DNA of 64,000 nt from Clostridia bacterium (GCA_050952525.1 JBMNLC010000002.1:128831-192830), one strand, 5' to 3'; positions 47,798 through 57,881 are shown, counted from the stretch's first letter. The notes: a model not told the origin generated them from the sequence alone. Numbers and translations: made by a program.

Positions 47798-48436
47798 ATG
47801 AAAGGAGATGCACAAAGGGTGCGGAAGATCGCTTTGATGGGCGGTACATTTAACCCCATCCATAATGGACATCTGATCATTGCAGAAATGGTCAGATCCC
47901 AGTATCATATGGATCATGTCCTGTTTTTGCCGACGGGTGATCCACCCCATAAATCATCCTCTGTATTGATCGAAAACAGCCATCGGTATGCTATGGTTAT
48001 GTTGGCTATCAATAAAAACCCCTATTTCCATGTATCCAATATGGAGATGGAGCGAGGGGGAACCACCTATACCGTGGATACCTTACGGGAACTGCGAAAG
48101 ATATATCCTCCGGATCGGTATGAACTGTATTACATCATTGGGACGGATACGTTGTTGGAGTTGCATACCTGGAAGGATTTTCAGGAACTTTTTCAATATA
48201 CGGAATTTATTGCAGTGAATCGCCCCGGCATATCATCGGAGTCTGTATTGGATAAGGTTCATCAGTTGGAACACCGGTATGGGAAAAAGGTCGAAATTGC
48301 TGTATCCTGTCCGAGCTTTGAAGTTTCCTCCACGGATATTCGGCGGAGGATTCAGGAAGGCAGATCCATTCGTTACCTTGTTCCGGAAGAGGTGGAAGCC
48401 TATATCAGTAAGAACGGCTTATATTTAAAAAAATGA
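47798..48436 (+). CDS. nadD: nicotinate-nucleotide adenylyltransferase
   Basis: IALMGGTFNPIHNGHL (HxGH), FLPTGDPPHK, SSTDIRRR. The true start may be GTG 47819, downstream of AAAGGAG. Confidence 0.9.
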   Translation: MKGDAQRVRKIALMGGTFNPIHNGHLIIAEMVRSQYHMDHVLFLPTGDPPHKSSSVLIENSHRYAMVMLAINKNPYFHVSNMEMERGGTTYTVDTLRELRKIYPPDRYELYYIIGTDTLLELHTWKDFQELFQYTEFIAVNRPGISSESVLDKVHQLEHRYGKKVEIAVSCPSFEVSSTDIRRRIQEGRSIRYLVPEEVEAYISKNGLYLKK

Positions 48437-48461
48437 AATAGGGAAGGTCTGAGGTGGAAAT

Positions 48462-49085
48462 ATGCTTTCAAGAGAGGAAATATTGGGGAGGTTAACGGAA
48501 CTCCTTCCTGAAAAGAGATATATTCATTCCCTAGGCGTTGAGAGGACGGCTGTCGAGCTGGCTGAAAGGTTCGGAGCTGATATTCAAAAAGCATCCACCG
48601 CTGCCTTGGTCCATGACTGTGCCAAGGCATTTAGTAAGGAAGAGTTGTTGCGTTTATCCAGGCAATATGGTTTGGAAATTGATCCGTACTATATAGAAGA
48701 GCCTGAACTGATCCACGGGGCCTTGGGAGCTGAGATAGCCAGAGAACGTTTTGAAATCCAGGACAAGGAAATTCTGTCAGCCATTGCTTATCATACTACG
48801 GGAAAAAAGAACATGACTCTGCTGGAAAAAATCATTTACCTGGCTGATTTAATTGAACCCGGCAGGGATTATCCCGGCGTTCAAGAAATACGTGTAAAAG
48901 CCATGTCGGATTTGGACGAGGCCCTTCTGGCAGCTTTTCAGAGTGTAATTTCCTATGTACTGGCCAATCGGAATGTATTGCACCCCAGGACCATCTATGC
49001 ATGGAACGATCTTTTGAAGGAATGGAAAAAGAGCTGTAAGCGTTCCACGGCGGAAAAAGATGAACCGTTATCCGCGGACAGTTGA
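48462..49085 (+). CDS. yqeK: YqeK HD-domain phosphohydrolase (bis(5'-nucleosyl)-tetraphosphatase type)
   Basis: RYIHSLGVERTAVELAERFG, ALVHDCAK, YHTTG, conserved position after nadD. Confidence 0.85.
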   Translation: MLSREEILGRLTELLPEKRYIHSLGVERTAVELAERFGADIQKASTAALVHDCAKAFSKEELLRLSRQYGLEIDPYYIEEPELIHGALGAEIARERFEIQDKEILSAIAYHTTGKKNMTLLEKIIYLADLIEPGRDYPGVQEIRVKAMSDLDEALLAAFQSVISYVLANRNVLHPRTIYAWNDLLKEWKKSCKRSTAEKDEPLSADS

Positions 49086-49144
49086 CATTGGGAATACAGA
49101 ATAAGTATAATAAGAGAAACAAACGGAATGCAGGGGGGAAGAGT

Positions 49145-49498
49145 TTGATCAAAGATTCAAGAGAGCTGGCTATTCAGATTGGAAACATTCTGGACGAGAA
49201 AAAGGCAGAGGATATCATCCTGCTGGATATTCATCATATAACCGTTATTGCCGATTTCTTTGTCATATGCAGCGGGCGTTCTACGATTCAAGTGAAGGCT
49301 CTCTGTGATGAAGTGGAAGCGAAGATGGAAGAAAAAGGCTATGCCCCTTATCGTAAGGAGGGGTATGCCGAGGGGCGATGGGTTGTTCTTGATTATGGAG
49401 ACGTCATCCTGCATATCTTCCACGAAGAGGAAAGGCAGTTTTACAATATAGAAAGACTTTGGGCGGATGGGGAAACCCTTTCGTTGTCAAACGGATAA
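49145..49498 (+). CDS. rsfS: ribosome silencing factor
   Basis: LAIQIGNILDEKKAEDIILLDI..ADFFVICSGRSTIQVKAL..EGYAEGRWVVLDYGDVILHIF. TTG 49145 follows GGGGGGAAGAG; the ORF opens at 49082. Confidence 0.85.
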   Translation: MIKDSRELAIQIGNILDEKKAEDIILLDIHHITVIADFFVICSGRSTIQVKALCDEVEAKMEEKGYAPYRKEGYAEGRWVVLDYGDVILHIFHEEERQFYNIERLWADGETLSLSNG

Positions 49499-49510
49499 AG
49501 ATAGATTAAA

Positions 49511-49544
49511 AAGAAACAGGAGAAAGGAGATTCTCCTGTTTCTT
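49511..49544. terminator. bidirectional intrinsic terminator (rsfS / carboxypeptidase convergent pair)
   Basis: AAGAAACAGGAGA - 8-nt loop - TCTCCTGTTTCTT, a perfect 13-bp stem with flanking A- and T-rich tracts. Confidence 0.8.
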
Positions 49545-49566
49545 TCTTTATCTGTGTAACATATCG

Positions 49567-50949
49567 TTACCTTCGGTAGCTACTATAGTAATGGTATAGA
49601 TATCTTCGTCTTTTTTTCCTCCTGTGAACGTAAAGAATCCGAGATATCAGGCCGAGAAGAAGGACCGCAGGGACAACAAGCCACCACCAAGGCGAGGATG
49701 AAGAAAAAGAAGAGGATTTAACCGTTTCGGTGACGGAAAAGAGTGCTTTCTTTTTCTCTACATCCCGGGAAGCTATAAGGTTTTTCTCAAACAGCACATC
49801 ACCGTTCAGCTTGTAAACGACCTTCCCCAATACCTGACCGGAACGGATGGGTGCCCGGATATCCGAATCCACTGCAAGCTCTTCCGTAATCTTCGTGAAG
49901 TCTCCTTTGGGCAGGGTGGTGTACGGATTATCCGAGGCATCTACCAGCAGCTCTAGCTTTCCCTTACCCGCATCCTCGGAGGATGCATCCTTTACATCCA
50001 CAGTTGCCAGGATTTTATCTTCATCTTGAACAAGCTTCCGGCTAGTGAAATTTTCAAAACCCCATTCAAACATACAGATGGTGCTTTTCCATTTTCCTTC
50101 TTTGGAGTCATGGAGGACCACGGTCAGTAATTCCATGTCATCCCGAAGGGCGGTAGCCACCAGACTATGTTTGGCTTTGGATGTATAGCCGGTTTTCATT
50201 CCGGTAGCATATTCATAGCGATAGGGCTCTTTTGGATTCGTACTGATAAGGCGGTTTGAATTAATCCAGGTCCGCTCTGTATCGCATAGATTGGTAGGAC
50301 CTTTTTTATAGACATAGGTGTTTACCATTTCTCGAAACTCCGGATATTTTCTCGCCTCAAGGGCAATGCGTGCCAGGTCGGCGGCAGTGGTGTAATGATC
50401 CGGATCATGGAGACCGTGGGGGTTGGTGAAATGGGTGTTGGAAAGTCCCAGCTCCTTTGCTTTTGCATTCATCATGTCCGCAAAACCCTCGACAGAACCC
50501 CCGATATGAACGGCAATCGCTACAGCTGCATCATTGCCGGATTCGAGAAGAAGGCCATAGAGGAGCTCCCGAAGGGTCATGGTCTCATCCGGTTTTAAGC
50601 CGATAATGCTGCTGCCTCGTCCAAGATAATAAACGCATCTGTCGGCAGTTACCGGATCATCCAAATTTCCCTTTTCAAAGGCCAGCAAAGCCGTCATGAT
50701 TTTAGTTGTACTGGCCGGATAGTATTTTTCATTCGAATTTTTTTCATATAGGATTTTGCCGGTCCGGGCATCCATGAGGATAGCGCCGGAAGCAGTGATT
50801 TGATCTTCCTGAAGGGATGAGGAGAGATTTGCGAAAGTTGTACTTTCTGTATAGTCATCCGATGTAGCTGTAACAGGTGTTGTTGCCAAAAATAAAAATA
50901 GTGTCACAAGTAGAAATATGATTTTTTTCATCCCAATCCTATGTAGCAT
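49567..50949 (-). CDS. D-alanyl-D-alanine carboxypeptidase (class-C low-MW PBP, S11)
   Basis: Signal peptide MKKIIFLLVTLFLFLATTPVTA, SxxK (ASTTKIMTALLA), SGN (LLESGNDAA), KTG (MKTGYT), C-terminal TM + basic tail. ATG 50949 follows GGGAGG; the ORF track opens at 51156. Confidence 0.85.
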   Translation of the reverse strand: MLHRIGMKKIIFLLVTLFLFLATTPVTATSDDYTESTTFANLSSSLQEDQITASGAILMDARTGKILYEKNSNEKYYPASTTKIMTALLAFEKGNLDDPVTADRCVYYLGRGSSIIGLKPDETMTLRELLYGLLLESGNDAAVAIAVHIGGSVEGFADMMNAKAKELGLSNTHFTNPHGLHDPDHYTTAADLARIALEARKYPEFREMVNTYVYKKGPTNLCDTERTWINSNRLISTNPKEPYRYEYATGMKTGYTSKAKHSLVATALRDDMELLTVVLHDSKEGKWKSTICMFEWGFENFTSRKLVQDEDKILATVDVKDASSEDAGKGKLELLVDASDNPYTTLPKGDFTKITEELAVDSDIRAPIRSGQVLGKVVYKLNGDVLFEKNLIASRDVEKKKALFSVTETVKSSSFSSSSPWWWLVVPAVLLLGLISRILYVHRRKKRRRYLYHYYSSYRR

Positions 50950-51132
50950 GTCGGTCCTCCCTCTTCCTTGGTGGGAAAATTGATACAGTACACACCCAAT
51001 CCATTGTACTGATAGTATACCAATTTTCGCTTGCTTTGTATAGGGTAGAACGGAAATGAGTTTTTGCCAAAAAAGAGGAATTTTCCCTGAATAGTCGAAT
51101 ATAGTTCCTAATACTGCACAAGGGTGATCAAT

Positions 51133-51771
51133 ATGCTGAACTTGGATAAGAAACAACAGCTTGTCTTCCTTATACTCATTTTTGTGATCGTTGTCGAAAC
51201 AGGGTTTATCATGGCTGATCGCTTGTTTCCTTCATTATTTTCTGACAATACAGGCTTGGAGCTGGAGATTCCTGTGGGAGATCGTTCGGATGAATACGAA
51301 GAAGGGGAGAAAAACTCTGTGGAGGAGGCCGAAGAACCCATCAAAGTGTATGTAACGGGTCAAGTAAAAAAACAAGGAGTGGTTACCCTGCCCCAGGGAA
51401 GCCGGTGGGAGGATGCGGTCAATGCGGCCGGCGGTTTGACGGACCAGGCTGATTCTCTGCGTATAAATCTGGCTAAAAGGCTTTCGGATGGGGAGGCTGT
51501 GTACATTCCGAAGATAGGGGATGAGGATATTCCCTCCATTGCATCCCCCAACTCTGACGGGTCAGGGGGAGGAAAGCAGAAGATTAATATCAATACTGCT
51601 GATATCAATACCTTGGACCAGCTTCCCGGAATCGGCCCCAGTCGAGCCCAGAAGATTATTGAATACCGGGAGGAAAACGGCCCTTTTAAATCCATTGAGG
51701 ATATTAAAAAAATTACAGGTATTGGAGAAAAAATATTCGAGAATCTAAAGGATGATATTACAGTGGATTAG
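51133..51771 (+). CDS. comEA: ComEA-type DNA receptor (TM + SLBB + tandem helix-hairpin-helix)
   Basis: VYVTGQVKKQGVVTLPQGSRWEDAVNAAGG (SLBB), INTADINTLDQLPGIGPSRAQKIIEYREENGPFKSIEDIKKITGIGEKIFENL (HhH). Confidence 0.85.
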   Translation: MLNLDKKQQLVFLILIFVIVVETGFIMADRLFPSLFSDNTGLELEIPVGDRSDEYEEGEKNSVEEAEEPIKVYVTGQVKKQGVVTLPQGSRWEDAVNAAGGLTDQADSLRINLAKRLSDGEAVYIPKIGDEDIPSIASPNSDGSGGGKQKININTADINTLDQLPGIGPSRAQKIIEYREENGPFKSIEDIKKITGIGEKIFENLKDDITVD

Positions 51772-52003
51772 GCTGTGAATATGAGAAAAAGTATACTAAA
51801 AAAAGAAAGATGGTCAACAATATATATGATATATACGACAGGAAGATACTGACAGAGGATTGACTGAAGCCAAATTAGCAGCGTATGTTGAATTATAACG
51901 GTCTTTTGTGTATCCTGTAAGTAGAGGAGGGAATTTTCCGTTAACCAAGGCTTCTTTGTTTTTTAAGATAGATGGAAATGGAAGGAAAGGTCAGGTGGTA
52001 GAA

Positions 52004-52693
52004 ATGCAGAAGAGGATATTGGCAGTAGACGATGAACCTTTGATCATTAAAGGATTGAAATTCAGTTTGGAACAAGATGGCTACTCAGTTGATGCGGCCT
52101 ATGACGGTGAAGAGGCCATAGAAAAGCTTAATAACAACCAATATGATCTGATCATTCTGGATGTAATGCTTCCAAAGCTCAATGGAATAGAAGTATGCCA
52201 GAAAATCAGGGAGAAATCCTCCGTACCCATTATCATGCTCACAGCCAAGGGAGAGGATATGGACAAAATCCTGGGCCTTGAGTACGGAGCCGATGACTAC
52301 ATGACAAAACCTTTTAATATTCTCGAGCTGAAGGCACGTATAAAGGCCATCTTCCGCAGGGCAAACGGGCTTAAGGAACAGGACAAGAATGATGTCATTG
52401 AAGTGAGAAATATGACCATCCACCTATCTAACCGGAGCGTTTTTATAGATGGGAAGGAAGTAAATTTGACGGCGAAGGAATTTGATTTGCTACAACTTTT
52501 TGCAAGCAATCCCGGAAAGGTGTTCAGCCGCGAAAAACTCCTGGAAATCATATGGAAGTATGATTACTTGGGGGACTTGCGTACTGTTGATGTCCATATC
52601 CGGCGTTTGCGTGAAAAGATAGAACCGAACCCCGGCCAACCCGAGTTTATTTTTACAAAATGGGGGGTTGGTTACTATTTTGCCGACATATAA
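52004..52693 (+). CDS. OmpR-family response regulator
   Basis: ILAVDDEP, DLIILDVMLP (phospho-Asp), winged-helix C-terminus RTVDVHIRRLREKIE..WGVGYYF. ATG 52004 follows AGGTGG. Confidence 0.9.
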   Translation: MQKRILAVDDEPLIIKGLKFSLEQDGYSVDAAYDGEEAIEKLNNNQYDLIILDVMLPKLNGIEVCQKIREKSSVPIIMLTAKGEDMDKILGLEYGADDYMTKPFNILELKARIKAIFRRANGLKEQDKNDVIEVRNMTIHLSNRSVFIDGKEVNLTAKEFDLLQLFASNPGKVFSREKLLEIIWKYDYLGDLRTVDVHIRRLREKIEPNPGQPEFIFTKWGVGYYFADI

Positions 52694-54143
52694 ATTCTTC
52701 TACAGTGTCCGCTGGACCATTGTATTTACTTATCTGGCCATTATTGTCATCGCTTTTGTTGTCATCATTTTTTCGGTCACGCGGATTGTAGAAGATTATC
52801 TGGTCCAACAGCGGGTAGCGGAGCAGCAGAAGATCGTCGATAATATCGCTATCCAGGTTGCTCCTTACCTTGAGAATGCCGAAGCAGATTATATGCTGCA
52901 GATGGCTATCGATCATGGGCAGGCTTTGGGAGGCAGGGTTCTGATTTTGAATCAGGATGGAGTAGTCCAGGTCGATGGTTTTTCAGAGCTGAACGGCACA
53001 AAGCTAAGGCATTCGGAAGTGGTGGATGTGTTGAAGGGCTCAAAGGACCGGGCCCATGGATTCCATTTGATTAAGCATAAAAATCCGGAGAGGAATACAA
53101 GGGGAGGACTCAATCGTAATAATGACACCTGGGTCGTGTACTACACCTCCATTATCACATATAATGCCAGGAGAATAGGTGCTGTCCTGGTCTCTATATC
53201 TATTCAGGATGTGATGGACAAAATAACAGAGATCCGTTCACGGCTCATCATTTATTCCTTTGTGGTGAGTACCCTTGTTGCATTTTTAAGCTTTATTATT
53301 TCCGGACTGATCACCAAACCGATTACTGAACTTACCCAGGCTATTTTATACATGAGCAGAGGCCATTTCGATAAACGGGTACGGGTAGTGGGACGAAATG
53401 AAATCGGACAGCTGGCCATGGCTTTTAACACAATGAGTGAAAAACTGGAAAATCTGGATAGGGCGAGGAATGAATTTGTATCAAATGCCTCCCATGAGCT
53501 GAAGACTCCCCTGAGCTCCATGAAAATCCTCATTGAATCCATCCTTCACCAAGATGTTTTTGATCAGGCCATGGTTCGTGAATTCCTTGGGGATATCAAT
53601 TCCGAAATAGACAGGCTGACAGCCATTATCAATGATCTGTTGACATTGGTGCGGATGGATAAAAGTGATTTTGAGCTACAAAAAGAAGAGATCCATTTCG
53701 GAGACTTAGTCAGTCGAACCGTTCAAAGACTTATCCCGATTGCCCGAAACAAGGGGATTGAAATTGAAATGATCCTTCGTGAGAATGTGATGATATTGGG
53801 GGATCGTTTAAAGCTGGAGCAGCTGGTCTCTAATTTAGTGGATAATGGTATCAAATATACATCTGAAGGGGGAAAGGTGACGGTAGAATTGTTTCGGAAA
53901 GGACGAAATGTATTTTTCCAGGTATCCGATGCGGGGATCGGTATTCCGGAAGAGGATATTCCCCATATTTTTGAACGTTTTTTCCGGGTAGATAAAGCCC
54001 GTTTCAGGGGTTCCGGCGGTACAGGATTGGGTTTGGCGATCGTTCATCGCATCGTGTTAATGCATGGGGGAGATATCACCGTCTCCAGCGAGGAAGGAAA
54101 AGGAAGCGTATTTACCGTCGAATTACCCATGAATGCCCCCTAA
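52668..54143 (+). CDS. sensor histidine kinase (2 TM, ~160-aa extracytoplasmic loop, HAMP, HisKA, HATPase_c)
   Basis: FVSNASHELKTPL H-box; N-box LVDNGIKYT; G-boxes DAGIGIP and GGTGLGLAIV. Overlaps the regulator gene; the start is either 52668 or TTG 52680. Confidence 0.9.
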   Translation: MVTILPTYKFFYSVRWTIVFTYLAIIVIAFVVIIFSVTRIVEDYLVQQRVAEQQKIVDNIAIQVAPYLENAEADYMLQMAIDHGQALGGRVLILNQDGVVQVDGFSELNGTKLRHSEVVDVLKGSKDRAHGFHLIKHKNPERNTRGGLNRNNDTWVVYYTSIITYNARRIGAVLVSISIQDVMDKITEIRSRLIIYSFVVSTLVAFLSFIISGLITKPITELTQAILYMSRGHFDKRVRVVGRNEIGQLAMAFNTMSEKLENLDRARNEFVSNASHELKTPLSSMKILIESILHQDVFDQAMVREFLGDINSEIDRLTAIINDLLTLVRMDKSDFELQKEEIHFGDLVSRTVQRLIPIARNKGIEIEMILRENVMILGDRLKLEQLVSNLVDNGIKYTSEGGKVTVELFRKGRNVFFQVSDAGIGIPEEDIPHIFERFFRVDKARFRGSGGTGLGLAIVHRIVLMHGGDITVSSEEGKGSVFTVELPMNAP

Positions 54144-54286
54144 ATTTGGATTAAATGAATTGTTAATATTGTTTAAAAGTTTTGTAATTCTTTTCTTTTA
54201 TACTGAAAATAGGGTTCTTTTGAGCAAATGCGAAAAGCGATGACTGAATAGCTCCTAAAAGGGATTCGGTCATTGCTGAAGGGTAG

Positions 54287-55339
54287 ATGATTATCATGAC
54301 AAAAGTGCAAAAAACAATCGTTTTCTTCCTGTTGGTCAGCATGACAACCGTTTTTATGGCTTGTTCTGTCTGGCCATGGGGATCGCCTGTGCAGGAACAG
54401 GAGAATATAGACGACAATGGGCAAAGGAAACAAGAGGGGAAAGCTCCCCCCATTAGTCCTCTATCGGAGAAGACATCCAACGAGGAAACGGACGTTACCT
54501 TGTTTTTTCGATATAACCAGGATGATTATCTGGCTAGCGACACGCGAAAAATAAAGGTCATTGCTACCGAGCGGGTGGAAAAGGTTATCGTAGAAGAATT
54601 AATCAAAGGACCCAACCCTGGCAAACTGGAGCTGACCCCGCTATTTCATCCATCGACAAAGGTCGTAGCTGTATCCGACAATAATGACTATCTTTTTGTA
54701 ACCCTCAGCAGAGAGTTTCTGGAACCCCCCATGGAGGTGCCGGATAATTGGCAAGAGGATAAGAATTGGGTGGATGAAGTCAATCGGACAAGGAGGTTGG
54801 CTGTTTATTCCATTGTCAATACATTGACGGAGCTGGGAAAATTCAACCGCGTTCAGATATTGATCCAAGGGGATATTGATGATGAGCGGGGAGAGCGGCC
54901 GAAGCGAAAGGAAATGGGTTTTACGGACGGTAATGAAGAAAAGCAGAACACCCTCCTGGAACCCTTGGCACGGAATACGAGTTTGATCCTTACTCCGATG
55001 AATACGGTGGAGGCTATGTTGAATGCTTTTATGGAGAAGGATTGGGGGAAGGTTTACCAGTATACTGCTTCCAAGGATACGAATAACGTCCCTAAACCCG
55101 AAGACAACGATTTTAAGAGCACCATGGCCTCGCTGGATCCAACCCTTGAAAATTTTCGGGTGAGGGATGAGCATGTGTCGAATGACGGGCAAAATGCGTT
55201 GGTCACCATTGATTTTTCAATAAAAATGAAGGATGGAAAGGTTTTTGAGAAAACCTACATTCCTATTAAGCTGATTAGGGAAAAGGAGATATGGAAGGTA
55301 ATTTTTCCGTCAGTAAGCAGTATCTATGAAAATGAGTAA
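54287..55339 (+). CDS. GerMN-domain lipoprotein
   Basis: Lipobox VFMAC-S. VTLFFRYNQDDYLASDTRKIKVIATERVEKVIVEELIKGP..LFVTLSREF is a GerMN pattern. Confidence 0.7.
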   Translation: MIIMTKVQKTIVFFLLVSMTTVFMACSVWPWGSPVQEQENIDDNGQRKQEGKAPPISPLSEKTSNEETDVTLFFRYNQDDYLASDTRKIKVIATERVEKVIVEELIKGPNPGKLELTPLFHPSTKVVAVSDNNDYLFVTLSREFLEPPMEVPDNWQEDKNWVDEVNRTRRLAVYSIVNTLTELGKFNRVQILIQGDIDDERGERPKRKEMGFTDGNEEKQNTLLEPLARNTSLILTPMNTVEAMLNAFMEKDWGKVYQYTASKDTNNVPKPEDNDFKSTMASLDPTLENFRVRDEHVSNDGQNALVTIDFSIKMKDGKVFEKTYIPIKLIREKEIWKVIFPSVSSIYENE

Positions 55340-55367
55340 TCTTCCAACCGGAGAAAGAGGGGGAAAG

Positions 55368-56912
55368 ATGAAACAAATTTTAATCGGAATCCTTCTCATT
55401 TTATATATTGCGGGTTTGGTTGCCTGTACGGAGGCTCCGGAAGGCGGACGACCCGATGTGCTGGAAATGGATGAGAAGGCAGAAATTTTAAAAACCCCGG
55501 AATCGACAGAAGGTACAAATGCAGACAAAGCTCCCGATGGGGATGAGTTTTCTGCCCAACGGGTGAACGTTGCCCTGTATTTTCCTAATAAGGATAAAAC
55601 CAAGCTGGTAACGAAGGTAAAAAAAGTACTGTTGGGGAAAAACGAAACCACCCAAGAAGTAGCGGTGAAGGAGCTTTTAAAAGGTCCGGAGGATGATAAT
55701 CTTTCGGAAATCTTTCCGGAAGATTTACGTCTTAAAAGATTCAGCCAAGCTGAGAATATCGCAACAGTGAATTTTAACAAGGCATTTCTAAAACTGGAAG
55801 GCTATGATGAATTCTTGGCTGTAGCGTGTATTGTGAATACCCTGACAGAGTTCGAGGATATAAAATATGTCAGTATCTTTGTAGATGATAAGGAGCTTGG
55901 CTCCAAAGGAAAACCCTATGGTCCTTTGACCAAGACCACCGGGGATATTCAGGCCCTGTGGGCCAATCGCCAGAAGGAGCAGGAAAAGGAAGAGGCGATC
56001 GCTAAAGATAAGGATTCCAACCAGCTCACCAAGAAGGACGTGGTCCTCTATTTTCAGGATCCAATGGCTCAATATTTGTTACCAGAGGTCCGGAACATCC
56101 AGATTGTTGGTACAAAATATGTAGCGGCAATTGTGAACGAGCTCGTTAAGGGACCGAAGGATGCTAGGATGTACGCATCCCTTCCCAAGGATCTTGAGCT
56201 GAAAAATGATCCGGTGCTGGCTGAGGACGAAGAGGGGAAAACGTTCATTACATTGAATTTTTCCGAGGAGTTAAAGGAATATGTACAAGACGGCTCCACC
56301 AGCGAGATTCTTTCTCTAGGTGCTATCGTTCACAGCATCACAGATTTTATGCCGGACATTGATTATATAAAAGTACTGATCGAGGGAGAAAGGATAGATA
56401 GAATTACCGATCATATAAGTGCACCGGGAGGGAAGCTTTTTAAGGAAGATTTCATGCACATCCTGGGCAAACGAATATTGATTTACTTTACAGATAAAGA
56501 GGCAACAGGCTTGATACCGGTATATCGGGCCGTTCCGAAATCAGATATGCGTTATGCCCGGATGATTATGGAAGAGTTGATCCGCGGGCCCTATAACAGG
56601 GAATATCCGGATGCACGGCCTGTTATCAGCCAGGGTATCAGCAGTAAGGATATATCGGGAATAGCTGTTGAGAAGGACCTGGTAAAGCTGAATCTGTCCA
56701 GGAATTTCTACGAAAAATCCCGGGGACTTGGTTTGGCAGGAGAAAGCATGCTGGTTTTCTCCATTGTGAATTCCCTAACGGAATTAAGTAACGTGAAGCG
56801 GGTACAGTTTTTTATTGAAGGGAAGACGGTTGAGACTTTCAGTGGACATATCGATATATCAGCGCCTCTGATACGAAATCCCGGTATTATTAATCAGAAC
56901 TCCAAAAAATAA
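55368..56912 (+). CDS. lipoprotein with three GerMN domains
   Basis: Lipobox GLVAC-T. Three repeats of V.LYF....L......V......A..ELLKGP...........L.......A.VNF/LNL (VALYFPNKD.., VVLYFQDPM.., ILIYFTDKE..). ATG 55368 follows GAGGGGGAAAG and overlaps the upstream gene's end. Confidence 0.7.
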   Translation: MKQILIGILLILYIAGLVACTEAPEGGRPDVLEMDEKAEILKTPESTEGTNADKAPDGDEFSAQRVNVALYFPNKDKTKLVTKVKKVLLGKNETTQEVAVKELLKGPEDDNLSEIFPEDLRLKRFSQAENIATVNFNKAFLKLEGYDEFLAVACIVNTLTEFEDIKYVSIFVDDKELGSKGKPYGPLTKTTGDIQALWANRQKEQEKEEAIAKDKDSNQLTKKDVVLYFQDPMAQYLLPEVRNIQIVGTKYVAAIVNELVKGPKDARMYASLPKDLELKNDPVLAEDEEGKTFITLNFSEELKEYVQDGSTSEILSLGAIVHSITDFMPDIDYIKVLIEGERIDRITDHISAPGGKLFKEDFMHILGKRILIYFTDKEATGLIPVYRAVPKSDMRYARMIMEELIRGPYNREYPDARPVISQGISSKDISGIAVEKDLVKLNLSRNFYEKSRGLGLAGESMLVFSIVNSLTELSNVKRVQFFIEGKTVETFSGHIDISAPLIRNPGIINQNSKK

Positions 56913-57108
56913 GATGGAATCTTCCACCTTTATTTTTTTGCCTCTTCTTTTGCTATCCTCCCAAAATATGCCTGGAGATATACACTGAATGTATCAGCAA
57001 GATATAGAAAATGGCTTAAGGATATCACACAGTATCCATTATATGCATACTATGTAACTGGAACTGCACTCAGCAGTGGGATCATTTTATTAAAGGGAGG
57101 TAACACCG

Positions 57109-57762
57109 ATGTCTTTCTACTCATACAAGAATGCAGATGAAATATGCCCGGGCAGAATTCGGGGAGAGGCAACACGGGGATTGATTGAGCGGGTATGTAT
57201 ACAGGTCAAAAAGGTCTACGATGCTTGTTTGCAGCAGGAACAATTTGATGATGTACGTATCAGACTAAAGGATATACGTCCTAGCGGAACGGAATTCACC
57301 AGGCCTCTTAACTTTGAAAGTTGCCGAAGTGTGGCGGCAAAGGCCAAGATCCGGAATCTCCGTATCGATCGACTGCCTGAACGCCCCAATTTTGCTCGCG
57401 TAAGAGCCGATGTAGATATCCCCATTGAAGTGGTCTTTACCGATTGCAAGGGACGGCAGGGTGCCGGAGATGCTGTGGTGACTGTGAGCAAGGATGTGAT
57501 CCTTTTCGTGCCGGATGAATCCATTGTTCCTTTCACAGTAGAAGCCCTTGGAAGCGCCATCTGCGTAACAGGCACCTTTGTGGATGACTTCCGCTTCGAT
57601 GTGACCATTTGCGTAACCGTCATCCTGAAGATTGTAGCAGAAGTTGATCTTCTCATTCCTGCCTTTGGCTTTTGCAGAATTCCACCCTGTGAAGAATTTG
57701 CCGAGAACGTTTGTGATGAGTTCTTTGGCCTTCCCATCTTCCCCCCTCAACTGGATGATTAA
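57109..57762 (+). CDS. hypothetical Cys-rich protein, paralog of 38813..39448
   Basis: SD AAGGGAGG before the ATG. VCIQVKKVYDACLQQ, FGFCRIPPCEEF, terminal IFPPQLDD. Followed by a strong terminator. Confidence 0.6.
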   Translation: MSFYSYKNADEICPGRIRGEATRGLIERVCIQVKKVYDACLQQEQFDDVRIRLKDIRPSGTEFTRPLNFESCRSVAAKAKIRNLRIDRLPERPNFARVRADVDIPIEVVFTDCKGRQGAGDAVVTVSKDVILFVPDESIVPFTVEALGSAICVTGTFVDDFRFDVTICVTVILKIVAEVDLLIPAFGFCRIPPCEEFAENVCDEFFGLPIFPPQLDD

Positions 57763-57770
57763 GCCCAAGG

Positions 57771-57811
57771 AAAAAAAAGAGAAACAGCGAAAGCTGTTTC
57801 TCTTTTTTTTT
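57771..57811. terminator. bidirectional-type intrinsic terminator
   Basis: A8-AGAGAAACAGC-GAAA-GCTGTTTCTCT-T9. Confidence 0.85.
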
Positions 57812-57852
57812 GGAGGAATTTGCCCCTCGGGGGAGTGTCCGAAAAGTTTGAT

Positions 57853-57881
57853 TTGATGAGAGCATTCATTTTCATTATAAT
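57853..57881 (+). promoter_or_regulatory. sigma-A-type promoter upstream of the DUF4349-like gene
   Basis: TTGATG - 17 nt - TATAAT. Confidence 0.5.

Noticed and set aside
54239-54272. The hairpin after the histidine-kinase gene read as an intrinsic terminator or riboswitch.
   Set aside because: It is a 10-bp stem with a 14-nt loop but no following U-tract and no recognisable riboswitch core. It is mentioned only as context in the TCS finding.
57021-57060. Sigma-K/sigma-E-type sporulation promoter (AC..CATACTATG) upstream of the Cys-rich paralog, and a similar CATAGGGAA at 38753.
   Set aside because: The matches to CATA---TA are imperfect. The -35 spacing works for only one of the two genes. 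Such short motifs occur by chance in AT-rich spacers, so they cannot be supported without 5'-end data.
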